A stretch of 64,000 nucleotides of DNA from an uncultured Thermoleophilia bacterium (GTDB lineage Bacteria; Actinomycetota; Thermoleophilia; UBA2241), in the NCBI GenBank assembly GCA_963702475.1, contig CAVPCT010000006.1, forward strand, positions 160,001 through 224,000, read 5' to 3'. This document shows, piece after piece, positions 50,134 to 58,659 of the stretch. Position numbers and translations under genes: made by a program. The notes under the pieces were generated by a model. It ran no database searches, was not told the origin of the DNA, and worked only from the letters and a program-made list of their open reading frames with translations. Each line of letters opens with the position of its first letter. Within the stretch, counting starts at the first letter, position 1.

Positions 50134-51849
50134 ATGGACTCGTTCTCGGTACTCATCGGGGGCCGCGCCGGCGACGGCATCACCGAGGCCGGTACGATGA
50201 TCGCGCACCTGCTCAACGAGTGCGGCTACCGGCTGTACCGGCACGTCGACTCGCCGTCGCTCATCCGCGGGGGGCACAACTGGGTGATGGTGCGAGCGCA
50301 CCGGCAGCGCATCGGTGCCATGCGGGACCACGTGAACGTCATCATCGCCTTGACCGAGGAGACGCTGGACAGGCACGAGTGGCGGCTCAAGCAGCGTCCC
50401 ATCACCGTGTACGACAACCAGTCGATCGCCGACGCGCGTCTGCCGTCCATGGCGCACCCGTTCCGCACCGGCATCCCGGTGAAGACGATCCTGGAGCAGG
50501 TCCAGGCGCCGCCGGTGATGCGCAACACGGCCATCCTGGGGGCGTTCTGCAAGGCCATCTCGATCCCGTGGGAGGTGCTCGAGGACGTCATCCGGCGGTA
50601 CCAGCCCAAACAGACCGAGCTGAACCTGCGGGTGGCGCGGCTGGGGTACGACCTCGCCACCGAGAAGCTGCTCGTGGACCTGCCCGGCGGCGGGCCGTTG
50701 CCGGTGATGACCGGCCTCGAGGCCGTCGGGCTGGGGCTCGTCCGCGGCGGCCTCAAGGCGTACGCCGGCTACCCCATGACCCCGGCCAGCGGCCTGCTGC
50801 ACTTCCTCGCGAAGCAGGCGCCGCGCTTCGCGCTCAAGGTGGTGCAGCCGGAGGGCGAGATCGCCGCCATGATGATGGCGCTCGGGCACGCTTACGCAGG
50901 GGAGCGTGCCGCCGTCGGTACCTCTGGCGGCGGCTTCTGCCTCATGACCGAAGGCCTCAGCCAGGCCGGCCAGGCCGAGCTCCCCGTCGTCGTCGTGCTC
51001 GGCCAGCGCACGGGGCCGAGCACCGGCCTGCCGACGTACACCGCGCAGGCCGACCTCGAGTTCGCGCTCACCGCCGGCCACGGCGAGTTCCCGCGTGTGG
51101 TGCTCGCCCCGGCCGACGTCGAGCAGGCCTACGCGTGGAGCACGCTCGCGCTGGACCTGGCGTGGGCCTACCAGCTCCCCGTCATCGTGCTCACCGACCG
51201 CTCGCTCAACGACGACTCGCAGAGCTTCGTGACGGGTGAGGTGCCCGCGCTGCCGCGGCTGGAGGCCGCGGAGTGGCGGCCGGGCAGAAAGGCACAGAGG
51301 GCGGCCGCGGCGGGCTCACAGGATGCGTACCTTCGCTACCTGCTGACTGAGAGCGGCGTCAGCCCCATGGCCTATCCGGGGCAGGCGGGAGCGACGGTCA
51401 AGGTCAACTCCTACACGCACGACGAAGCCGGGCTCACGACGGAGGACCCCGCCACGACCGTGGCGATGCAGGACAAGTGGGAGCGCAAGGGCTGGGGTGC
51501 CGCCGGCGCGCTGGAGCGGCTGCCGCTGGTCAACGTGTACGGCGACGTGCGCGCCGAGCAGACGGTGGTGACGTGGGGCTCGCCGACAGGCGCGGTGCGC
51601 GAGGTCGGCGAGCTGGAGGGCTACCGTGTCGTCCAGCCGGTGGCCCTGCACCCGTTCCCGGCCAGACAGCTGGCCGACGCCCTGCGGGGCAGCGAGCGCG
51701 TGGCGGTGCTCGAGATGAACGCCACCGGCCAGCTCGCAGGCCTCATGGAGCGGCACGGCCTCGCGAGCGACCACTCGATCCTGCGCTACGACGGCAGGCC
51801 GTGGGGCGTCGGGGAGCTGCGCCGTGAGATCGAGAAGGTGTTCTCGTGA
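50134..51849 (+). CDS. korA: 2-oxoacid:ferredoxin oxidoreductase alpha (gamma-alpha fusion)
   Basis: IGGRAGDG, IRGGHN, YPMTPAS, TSGGGFCLM, QRTGPSTGLPT, EMNATGQL. Confidence 0.92.
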   Translation: MDSFSVLIGGRAGDGITEAGTMIAHLLNECGYRLYRHVDSPSLIRGGHNWVMVRAHRQRIGAMRDHVNVIIALTEETLDRHEWRLKQRPITVYDNQSIADARLPSMAHPFRTGIPVKTILEQVQAPPVMRNTAILGAFCKAISIPWEVLEDVIRRYQPKQTELNLRVARLGYDLATEKLLVDLPGGGPLPVMTGLEAVGLGLVRGGLKAYAGYPMTPASGLLHFLAKQAPRFALKVVQPEGEIAAMMMALGHAYAGERAAVGTSGGGFCLMTEGLSQAGQAELPVVVVLGQRTGPSTGLPTYTAQADLEFALTAGHGEFPRVVLAPADVEQAYAWSTLALDLAWAYQLPVIVLTDRSLNDDSQSFVTGEVPALPRLEAAEWRPGRKAQRAAAAGSQDAYLRYLLTESGVSPMAYPGQAGATVKVNSYTHDEAGLTTEDPATTVAMQDKWERKGWGAAGALERLPLVNVYGDVRAEQTVVTWGSPTGAVREVGELEGYRVVQPVALHPFPARQLADALRGSERVAVLEMNATGQLAGLMERHGLASDHSILRYDGRPWGVGELRREIEKVFS

Positions 51850-52742
51850 CGTCCCGCAAGCGCACCTCTGCCTCCCGGCCGGCATCCGCCGGGCAGCCGC
51901 TCGACCTGAAGACCGGGGCCACGAACACGTGGTGCCCCGGGTGCGGCAACTTCGCCGTGCTCAACGCCCTCCGCGCCACGCTGCAGGGGTTGATCGGGGA
52001 GGGCATCCCTCGCGAGGACATCGTGGTGGTCGCCGACATCGGCTGCCACGGCAAGATCATGGACTACATCGGCGTGAACAGCTTCAACGCGCTGCACGGC
52101 CGCTCCGTCGCCTCGGCGGTCGGCATCGCCCTGGCGAACCCGCGTCTCAAGGTCATCGTGCACCAGGGAGACGGAGGAGCGTTCGCGGAGGGTCTCGAGC
52201 ACACCCTGTCCGCGGCCAGGCGCAACGTCGACGTCACCCTGATCGTCCACGACAATGGCGTGTACGGCCTCACCATCGGCCAGGCCGGCCCGGAGACGCC
52301 GCCCGGGTATCGTGGCCGATCGACGCCGTACGGGAGCGTGGAGGAGCCCTTCAATCCGCTGGAGCTGCTGCACGCCGCGGGGGCCACGTACCTCGCCCGC
52401 GGCTACACGCACGGCATCCCGCTGCTCAAGCGCCTCTACCGCGAGGCCATCCTGCACCGCGGCTTCAGCGTGGTCGACACGCTGCAGGTGTGCGTGACGT
52501 TCCGCAACATGTACGAGGCCTACAACGCCCGGGTCTACGAGCTCGACGAGCACGACCCCCGGGACGAGGAGCAGGCCCGGGCGAAGATCGGGGAGTGGGA
52601 TTACCGCTCGGAGGCGCCGATTGCGCTCGGCACGCTCTGCGTGCGCGAGCGGACGGTGTTCGGCGAGCAGTTCCAGGCCTTGGGTCGCGAGCCGCTCGAC
52701 CTTGAAGCCCGGCTGGCGGAGGCGTTCCAGAGCCTGACCTGA
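51846..52742 (+). CDS. korB: 2-oxoacid:ferredoxin oxidoreductase beta
   Basis: TWCPGCGNF, IGC, LHGR, GDG..DNGVYGLT.GQ TPP motif. Confidence 0.92.
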   Translation: MTSRKRTSASRPASAGQPLDLKTGATNTWCPGCGNFAVLNALRATLQGLIGEGIPREDIVVVADIGCHGKIMDYIGVNSFNALHGRSVASAVGIALANPRLKVIVHQGDGGAFAEGLEHTLSAARRNVDVTLIVHDNGVYGLTIGQAGPETPPGYRGRSTPYGSVEEPFNPLELLHAAGATYLARGYTHGIPLLKRLYREAILHRGFSVVDTLQVCVTFRNMYEAYNARVYELDEHDPRDEEQARAKIGEWDYRSEAPIALGTLCVRERTVFGEQFQALGREPLDLEARLAEAFQSLT

Positions 52743-52812
52743 GCGGGGCGCTCTGCACGGTCAGCCGCGCCGTGTGCGGTGTGCCTGCGGCCCCCCTCGG
52801 ACCCTCTTCCGG

Positions 52813-53577
52813 TCAGTCTTGCGCCAGGCGGTGGAGCTTGTCGAAGCTGAGGATCTCGATGAGCTCGTGATCGCTGCTCATGCGGATGACCTCGGCGCGT
52901 TTGAGCCTGTCGAAGGTGCGGCTGAGCGTTTCCGGGACCGTGCCGAGCCGGGCGGCCAGCTCGCGCTTGCTCGTCGGCAGCTTGACCACGCGAGGGTGGT
53001 CGGGCTGGAGCGCCGGCCTGTGCCCGCCTGGTCCGGTCTGGCCCTCGGCCGCGTCGGCCGTCTCTCTCGGCAGGTCGAGTTGCTCGTCGGCGAGCGCCAG
53101 CAGGTAGCGCGCGAGCCGCGCCGGTACGGGCAGCAGGAGCTCCTCCACGCGGCGGTTGAGCAGTCCCAGCAGGTATGCCATGGAGGCGATCATGTTGACG
53201 GCGAACTGGGGCTGCGCCGCCAGAAGCGCGAGCACGTCATCGGTCTCGAACCGGTACAGCTTGCAGTCGGTCATGGTCTCGGTGCTCGCGGGGTACTCGT
53301 CGTGGAAGAGCGCCGCCTCGGCGAAGGTCTGGCCGGCGTTCACGTGCCGCACGGTGGCGGTGCGACCGTCACGGAGGAGCTTGAAGACCTTCACGCGGCC
53401 CTTCGACAGCAGGAAGAGGGCGCGCGCGTGGTCACCCTGCAGGAAGAGCGTGCTCTCGGCCGGAAGGTCGAACGGCCGGGCGATCTGCGCCAGCGAGCGC
53501 AGCTGCTCGTCGTCGAGGCGCGCGAACGTGGCCGCAACGCGCAGGTCGGCGACGATCTCGTCGAGGGTCGGTGCCAT
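52813..53577 (-). CDS. Crp/Fnr family regulator (HcpR/Dnr-like)
   Basis: LFLQGD, GRVKVFK, FAEAALF..YPAS, HTH LAARLGTVPETLSR; leaderless TATACT-6-ATG. Confidence 0.9.
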   Translation of the reverse strand: MAPTLDEIVADLRVAATFARLDDEQLRSLAQIARPFDLPAESTLFLQGDHARALFLLSKGRVKVFKLLRDGRTATVRHVNAGQTFAEAALFHDEYPASTETMTDCKLYRFETDDVLALLAAQPQFAVNMIASMAYLLGLLNRRVEELLLPVPARLARYLLALADEQLDLPRETADAAEGQTGPGGHRPALQPDHPRVVKLPTSKRELAARLGTVPETLSRTFDRLKRAEVIRMSSDHELIEILSFDKLHRLAQD

Positions 53578-53611
53578 GCTGAAAGTATACCGAGGCCGTG
53601 CTCGGCGGCGC

Positions 53612-55321
53612 TCAGGCGCGGCGCGAGGCGCCGTCGCCCCGGCGCCCCAGTGTGCCTCCTTGCGCGAAGGCCGGATCGGCCGGCATGACGATGATGGCCG
53701 CCGGCCCCTCGAGCGGACACTTGTACTCGCAGATCCCGCAGCCGATGCAGCGGTCGGCGAGGACACGGGGCCGCTGCACGTAGTCCTGGCGGCCGTCCGG
53801 CTGAGTCGCCACCCGGCGCTCGTCCAGCACCACGGCCTTGGGCGCCACGGGGCACATCTCCTGGCAGACGATGCAGGGCTTGTCCTGGGCCCACGGCAGG
53901 CAGCGGTCCGTGTCGATGACAGCTACACCGAGCACCTGTTTCCGCTTCGCCTCCAGCGGCAGTCTGGGGATCGCCCCCGATGGACACACGTTGCCGCAGG
54001 CGGTGCACGAGTAGTCGCAGTAGCCCAGGCGGGAGGCCAGCACGGGGGTCCACAGGCCTTCCAGGCCCGCCTCCAGAAGAGCCGGTTGAAGACCGGAGGT
54101 GGGGCAGACCTTCATGCACTCGCTGCAGCGCAGGCAGTGGGAGAGGAATGCGCTCTCGTTCTGCGCGCCCGGCGGGCGGATCAGGCGCGCGCTCGTGGTG
54201 CCGCGCCAGACGCCGGTGCCCAGGAGGGCGACGGCGCCGACGCCGGCCGCCGCGGCCGTGAGGAACTCACGGCGGCCGGGGTCGTACTCCTGCCACGGGG
54301 CGGGCCGGTAGGCGGCGCCCAGCGTCATCGCGTCCTTCTCCGGACAGGCGACGAAGCAGTCGAGGCACAGGGTGCACTCGGAGGTGACGACGGCGGGACG
54401 GGTGGGCGCGGAGGCCGCGGGGCCGTCCGCGGCCGCGCCGGCGGAGCCGGCCTCCGCCGCGGGTCCACGGCCACCCGCCGGCTCGATCGCGTCGAGCCGG
54501 CACGACCGCACGCACGCGCCGCAGTCGGTGCATCCGTGACCCACCAGCGGGCGGAGCACCTGGACCTTGGCCAGGAGGCCGAGCAGCGCCCCGAGCGGGC
54601 ACAGGTAACGGCACCAGAAGCGGTCGGCCAGGGCGTTGAGCAGCACGACGGCGACGAAGAGCAGGAAGAGGGCGACGCCTTGAGCGAAGTGCGGCTGGTA
54701 GAAGGGGAGCACCTTGCCGCGCAGGGCGGACTCGACCCAGTCGACGAGCCCTCCGCCCACGCCCCAGCCGACGAGGGTCCGCTCGACGGAGTCGACCGCG
54801 TACACGAAGGCGGGCAAGAGCGACGTGGTGGCCGTGCGCGTGAGCAGCGAGATCGGGTCGAGGACCATCAGCGTGAGGCCGCCGAAGGTCGCCATCACGG
54901 CGATGACGCCGAGGAGCACGTACTTCGCGCTCTTGAGGCGCGGCGGCAGGCGCGGGCCCAGCCGCCGCGCCGTCTTGAAGCGCGACCACTCGAGGACCGT
55001 GCCGAGGGGGCAGATCCAGCCGCACCACACGCGGCCGAGGACGAGGGCCGCCACGACGGTGACGACGGCAGGCGCCAGGCGTGGCATCCACTCGCGGGCC
55101 GCGAGCATCGTGCCGAAGGCGGCGAGCGGGTCGAAGCGGAAGAAGAGGTCGACCCAGGACGCCGCCTCACGCCGCTGCAACGCCGCGAACAGCAGCGCGA
55201 CGAAGAGGACGAGCGTTACGACCTGCACGGCGCGGCGCGCCCAACGGGCGGCCTTCCAGCCGCCCGTCCGGCGCCGCGCCCCGGCGTCTTCGCCCGTGCG
55301 CGGCGGCGCATCCAGTCTCAT
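53612..55321 (-). CDS. Membrane polyferredoxin (NapH/MauN fused to NapG/MauM-like domain)
   Basis: GRVWCGWICPLG, RFWCRYLCPLG, multiple CxxCxxCxxxC, RREFL, IRPPGA..CLRCSECMKVCP. Confidence 0.85.
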   Translation of the reverse strand: MRLDAPPRTGEDAGARRRTGGWKAARWARRAVQVVTLVLFVALLFAALQRREAASWVDLFFRFDPLAAFGTMLAAREWMPRLAPAVVTVVAALVLGRVWCGWICPLGTVLEWSRFKTARRLGPRLPPRLKSAKYVLLGVIAVMATFGGLTLMVLDPISLLTRTATTSLLPAFVYAVDSVERTLVGWGVGGGLVDWVESALRGKVLPFYQPHFAQGVALFLLFVAVVLLNALADRFWCRYLCPLGALLGLLAKVQVLRPLVGHGCTDCGACVRSCRLDAIEPAGGRGPAAEAGSAGAAADGPAASAPTRPAVVTSECTLCLDCFVACPEKDAMTLGAAYRPAPWQEYDPGRREFLTAAAAGVGAVALLGTGVWRGTTSARLIRPPGAQNESAFLSHCLRCSECMKVCPTSGLQPALLEAGLEGLWTPVLASRLGYCDYSCTACGNVCPSGAIPRLPLEAKRKQVLGVAVIDTDRCLPWAQDKPCIVCQEMCPVAPKAVVLDERRVATQPDGRQDYVQRPRVLADRCIGCGICEYKCPLEGPAAIIVMPADPAFAQGGTLGRRGDGASRRA

Positions 55322-55383
55322 CCAGGTACCTCCGCGCCGCGCTCAGCCTGCGGCACGATGGTACTCCCGTGCGCCGCGCCGAC

Positions 55384-56979
55384 CTACTTGAAGCTCCAGC
55401 CGCCGACGAGCACGATCAGCGGGACCTCCACCATGGCGTCGCACCACGCCGCCGGCATCTGGACCACCATCGGCAGGAAGATCCGGCCGGTGGCGCGCGG
55501 GATCAGCGGCACATCGGTGTCCTTCTGCACCGTGAGCCTCAGGTCGTCCTGGTTCGCGAAGAAGAAGTCGTGGAAGGCGGTACGGTCGGACGACGTCACG
55601 TCCGGCAGGTAGTCGATGAGCGTGGCGGCTGTGGGGTCGACCGGGATCCAGCCATAGTCCGGCAGGTAGAACTCGGCCCAGAAGTGGCTGGACGGCGTGC
55701 CCGTGAAGACCTGGAAGCCGCCGGGCGTGCGCGCCGGGATGCCCACTGCGCGGCAGAGCGCCGAGAAGTAGATGCTCTGGGCGCCGCAGTCGCCGTACTT
55801 GTGCTCGTGCACGTAGACGGACTCTGCCTCGCCACGCGGGTAGAGGGCCAGGTGCGGCACGTAGCTGTACTTCACCGTCCGCACCACGTAGTCGTAGAGG
55901 AGCTTGGCGGCAAGGAACGGGTTCTTCTCGTCGCCCACGACCCGGTGCGCCGTGCGGCTGATCGAGGGCGTGATGCGCGTGTTCGCGTGCGAGGCCGTGT
56001 ACTGTCGGTACAGGGCACTGCCCGTGTCGTAGCGGCCCACGCGGGCCGGGTCGACCTTGAAGTACTGGGCCGCGTGACTGAAGGAGACGCCGAAGCTGAC
56101 GCCCAGGTCACCGTTGAGTGCCTGCAGCGGGATCCTCATGGCCAGCAGGCCGATGTCCGCGGCGGTGCTGGGTGGGTTGCGGATGAAGGCGGCCGGGGTC
56201 GGGTCGGTGATCCGCACGTCCGTCTGCGGCCCACCCTCGATGGGCAACGGGAACCAGAGGTCGAGATCGCCCTCGGCGGGGAGGTCGCCGCGCGGCGTAC
56301 CGAGGCTCTGTGTGAAGGCGTAGGCCTTGGGCGCGCCGTACTGCTGCCAGGCCGGGGTCGCGGCGCCGACGGCCAGGTAGGGCGTGAGCGTGTGGCAGAT
56401 CTCCCGGTACTTGGCGACCAGCGCGGTCTGGGTCTGGAAGAGTGCGACGTCCCGGAACGCGAGGTTCGTGGGGACTTCCTCGTAGTAGTGCGTGACGCCG
56501 TCCCAGCGCAGCGACTCGGTGCTCGGCAGGTCGAGCCAGGCGGCGCGCTGGGCCGCGGAGGAGTCGGGGTACCGGGTCGCCAGCAGGTCGAGCATCTGGC
56601 TCCTCGTGTAGCGGTAGCACAGACCGATCAGCTCCATGTCCTGCATCGCCACGAGACAGGCACGAGCTCGCCCGCTGTCGCCGTCGGCGAGGTAGAGCTT
56701 GCGGGCGCGGTCGTAGAGCGCGGTGGCCCGCGTGAACAGGTGGGCGCGCCGGAGGGAACGCGCCTGCTCGCGCAGCGCATCGGCGCGGGCGGTGGGGCCG
56801 GCGTGCAGGGCGGCGAGGTCTGCCGCCGGGCTGCGGCCGAGCGCGCCGGCCGGAGCGCCGGTGACCGCCAGCAGCGCCAGGACCGCGAGCAGCGCCGCGG
56901 CCGTCACCAGCGCGAGCCGGCGCGGGTCGACTCGTCGCGCGACGACGACTGCCGGTCGCTCAACCTTGCGGATGCTCAT
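55384..56979 (-). CDS. Secreted transglutaminase-like protein
   Basis: Signal peptide; GDC..LCRAVGIPAR, HFWAEFY, GWIPVDPT (Cys-His-Asp triad). Confidence 0.88.
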   Translation of the reverse strand: MSIRKVERPAVVVARRVDPRRLALVTAAALLAVLALLAVTGAPAGALGRSPAADLAALHAGPTARADALREQARSLRRAHLFTRATALYDRARKLYLADGDSGRARACLVAMQDMELIGLCYRYTRSQMLDLLATRYPDSSAAQRAAWLDLPSTESLRWDGVTHYYEEVPTNLAFRDVALFQTQTALVAKYREICHTLTPYLAVGAATPAWQQYGAPKAYAFTQSLGTPRGDLPAEGDLDLWFPLPIEGGPQTDVRITDPTPAAFIRNPPSTAADIGLLAMRIPLQALNGDLGVSFGVSFSHAAQYFKVDPARVGRYDTGSALYRQYTASHANTRITPSISRTAHRVVGDEKNPFLAAKLLYDYVVRTVKYSYVPHLALYPRGEAESVYVHEHKYGDCGAQSIYFSALCRAVGIPARTPGGFQVFTGTPSSHFWAEFYLPDYGWIPVDPTAATLIDYLPDVTSSDRTAFHDFFFANQDDLRLTVQKDTDVPLIPRATGRIFLPMVVQMPAAWCDAMVEVPLIVLVGGWSFK

Positions 56980-57094
56980 GGCGTGCTCCCTCGTCGCCGG
57001 TGTACCCCCTGCGGTGTGTCGGCGGTTTCGAAGGGCGCCTTGAGCGTGTGAGGCGCCGCTTGACGGCCGTGCCGCCGCTCGTCTACCATCCGCG

Positions 57095-57260
57095 GCGCTT
57101 GGAGATGCCCGCGAGGGCCTCGAGGGAAGCCGGTGAGATTCCGGCGCGGACCCGCCGCTGTGACCGGGGACGACGGCTGCACGAAGCCACTGTCAGCTCG
57201 CTGACGGGAAGGCGTAGCCGAAGGACGATCCGGGAGCCAGAAGACCTGTGTCCAAGTGCG
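57095..57260 (+). ncRNA. Cobalamin riboswitch 1
   Basis: GGGAAgccGGTGagattCCggc, cccgcc-gCTGTga, GCCACTG..GGGAAGG, B12 box GAGCCAGAAGACCTG; upstream -10 TACCAT at 57084. Confidence 0.92.
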
Positions 57261-57324
57261 CTGTCGACGCTCTGCGTGGTGAACGGAGCGGCGGTGGCGC
57301 GTGCCGTGGCTCCGAAAACGGGGG

Positions 57325-57365
57325 GCCCGGGCCCGACGAAGTGTCGGCCCGGGCTTTTGTTGTTG
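57325..57365 (+). terminator. Intrinsic terminator (riboswitch expression platform)
   Basis: gcccgggcccgac..gtcggcccgggc followed by ttttgttgtt. Confidence 0.85.
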
Positions 57366-57385
57366 GTGGAGCGAAAGGCGGTGCG

Positions 57386-57535
57386 ATGAATGCGATCAGG
57401 GTGCCGGCGAGCCCTCACTGTGAGGGCGGATCAGGGGCGTGTGAGCGGCGCCACGGCCTCACAGCGGCCGGACTGCGCGTGCGCGCGCTCACGGCCGCGG
57501 TCTTGCAGTCGTTGCGGGCGGGGACGACGAGGTGA
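57386..57535 (+). CDS. Possible 49-aa leader ORF
   Basis: AAAGG RBS-like sequence, ATG 57386, stop overlaps GTG of dehydrogenase (GTGA). Confidence 0.3.
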   Translation: MNAIRVPASPHCEGGSGACERRHGLTAAGLRVRALTAAVLQSLRAGTTR

Positions 57536-58659
57536 CGGCCGAGGATCTCGCCGCCAACGGTGTGAGGCCGGCGGTCGGCACGATGCAGGCCGTCCTCGTC
57601 ACGGCGGTCGGAGCGTACTCGGTCGGCGAGCTGCCGGTGCCCTTGCCCGGACCGGGCGAAGTCCTCGTCCGGGTGGGCGTGACCGGCCTCTGCCGCACCG
57701 ACCTCAAGATCATCCGGCATGGGCACCGCGACCTGGTGCTGCCCCGCGTGCCCGGCGAGGAGGTCGTCGGGGAGATCGTGGCGCTGGGGGAGGAGGCGCC
57801 GGCGGCCGCAGGCCCTTCCGGCGCGTCCGCCTCGGAGCGCGCCTTCGCCGTCGGCGATCGCGTGTACGTGTACCCCGGCGTGTGGTGCGGTGAGTGCCCG
57901 AGCTGCCGGCGCGGCGCCGAAAACCTGTGTCGCGCCATGCGCATCATGGGCTTCCACCGCGACGGCGGCTTCGCCGAGTACGTCGCGGTCCCGCTGCAGA
58001 GCCTGATCCCGGTACCTGACGGCCTGCGCGACGAGGAGGCCGTGTTCGCGGAGCCGCTGAGCTGCTGCCTGAACGCCCTCGAGCTGGGACGTGTGGGCGA
58101 CGGCGACGCGCTGGGCATCTGGGGGGCCGGCCCGGCCGGCACGCTCCTCTGCCGGGCCGGCGCCCTGCTCGGGGCCGTCCCGTCCGTCGTCGAGCCCGAT
58201 CGGCGCCGGAGCGACTACGTCGTCGGCGCCCCCGGCACGCCGCCCGCGGCGACGTTCTCGCCCGAGCCGCCGGCCCAGGTCGACGTCGCCATCGTGGCCG
58301 TCGGCGACCCGGCGGCGTACGAGCAGGCTCTCGCCGCTCTGGCGCCTCGCGGCCGGATCGTCGTCTTCTCCGGCCTGCTGCCGGCCGCTGGACGACGCCT
58401 TCCACGTGAGCCTCAACAGCGTGCACTACCACGAGCACACACTGGTCGGCGCCTACGGCTGCTGCTTCCGTCACGGCGAGGACGCGCTCGCCCTGCTCGC
58501 CGGCGGCCGCCTGCGCGTCGGACGATCTCATCAGCCACCGCCTGCCGCTTGCCGACCTGAAGGCCGGCCTCGACGCCGTCGCCGGCCGCGCCGGCATGAA
58601 GGTCCACCTGTACCCGGGCGCCGTGCCCGCCGACCTGCCACCCCGAGGAGACCACATGA
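57532..58659 (+). CDS. Zn-dependent medium-chain dehydrogenase (threonine/sorbitol DH-like), +1 frameshifts near 58390 and 58521; 3' end uncertain
   Basis: GLCRTD, PGEE (GHE variant), CGECPSC..NLC, DGGFAEY, AEPLSC, GAGPAG, VHYHE..GAYG, LISHRLPL, MKV. Confidence 0.85.

Noticed and set aside
48732-51239. 835-aa LtrA fusion ORF
   Set aside because: Product of the +1 frameshift; the tail is off-frame over ltrA and korA.
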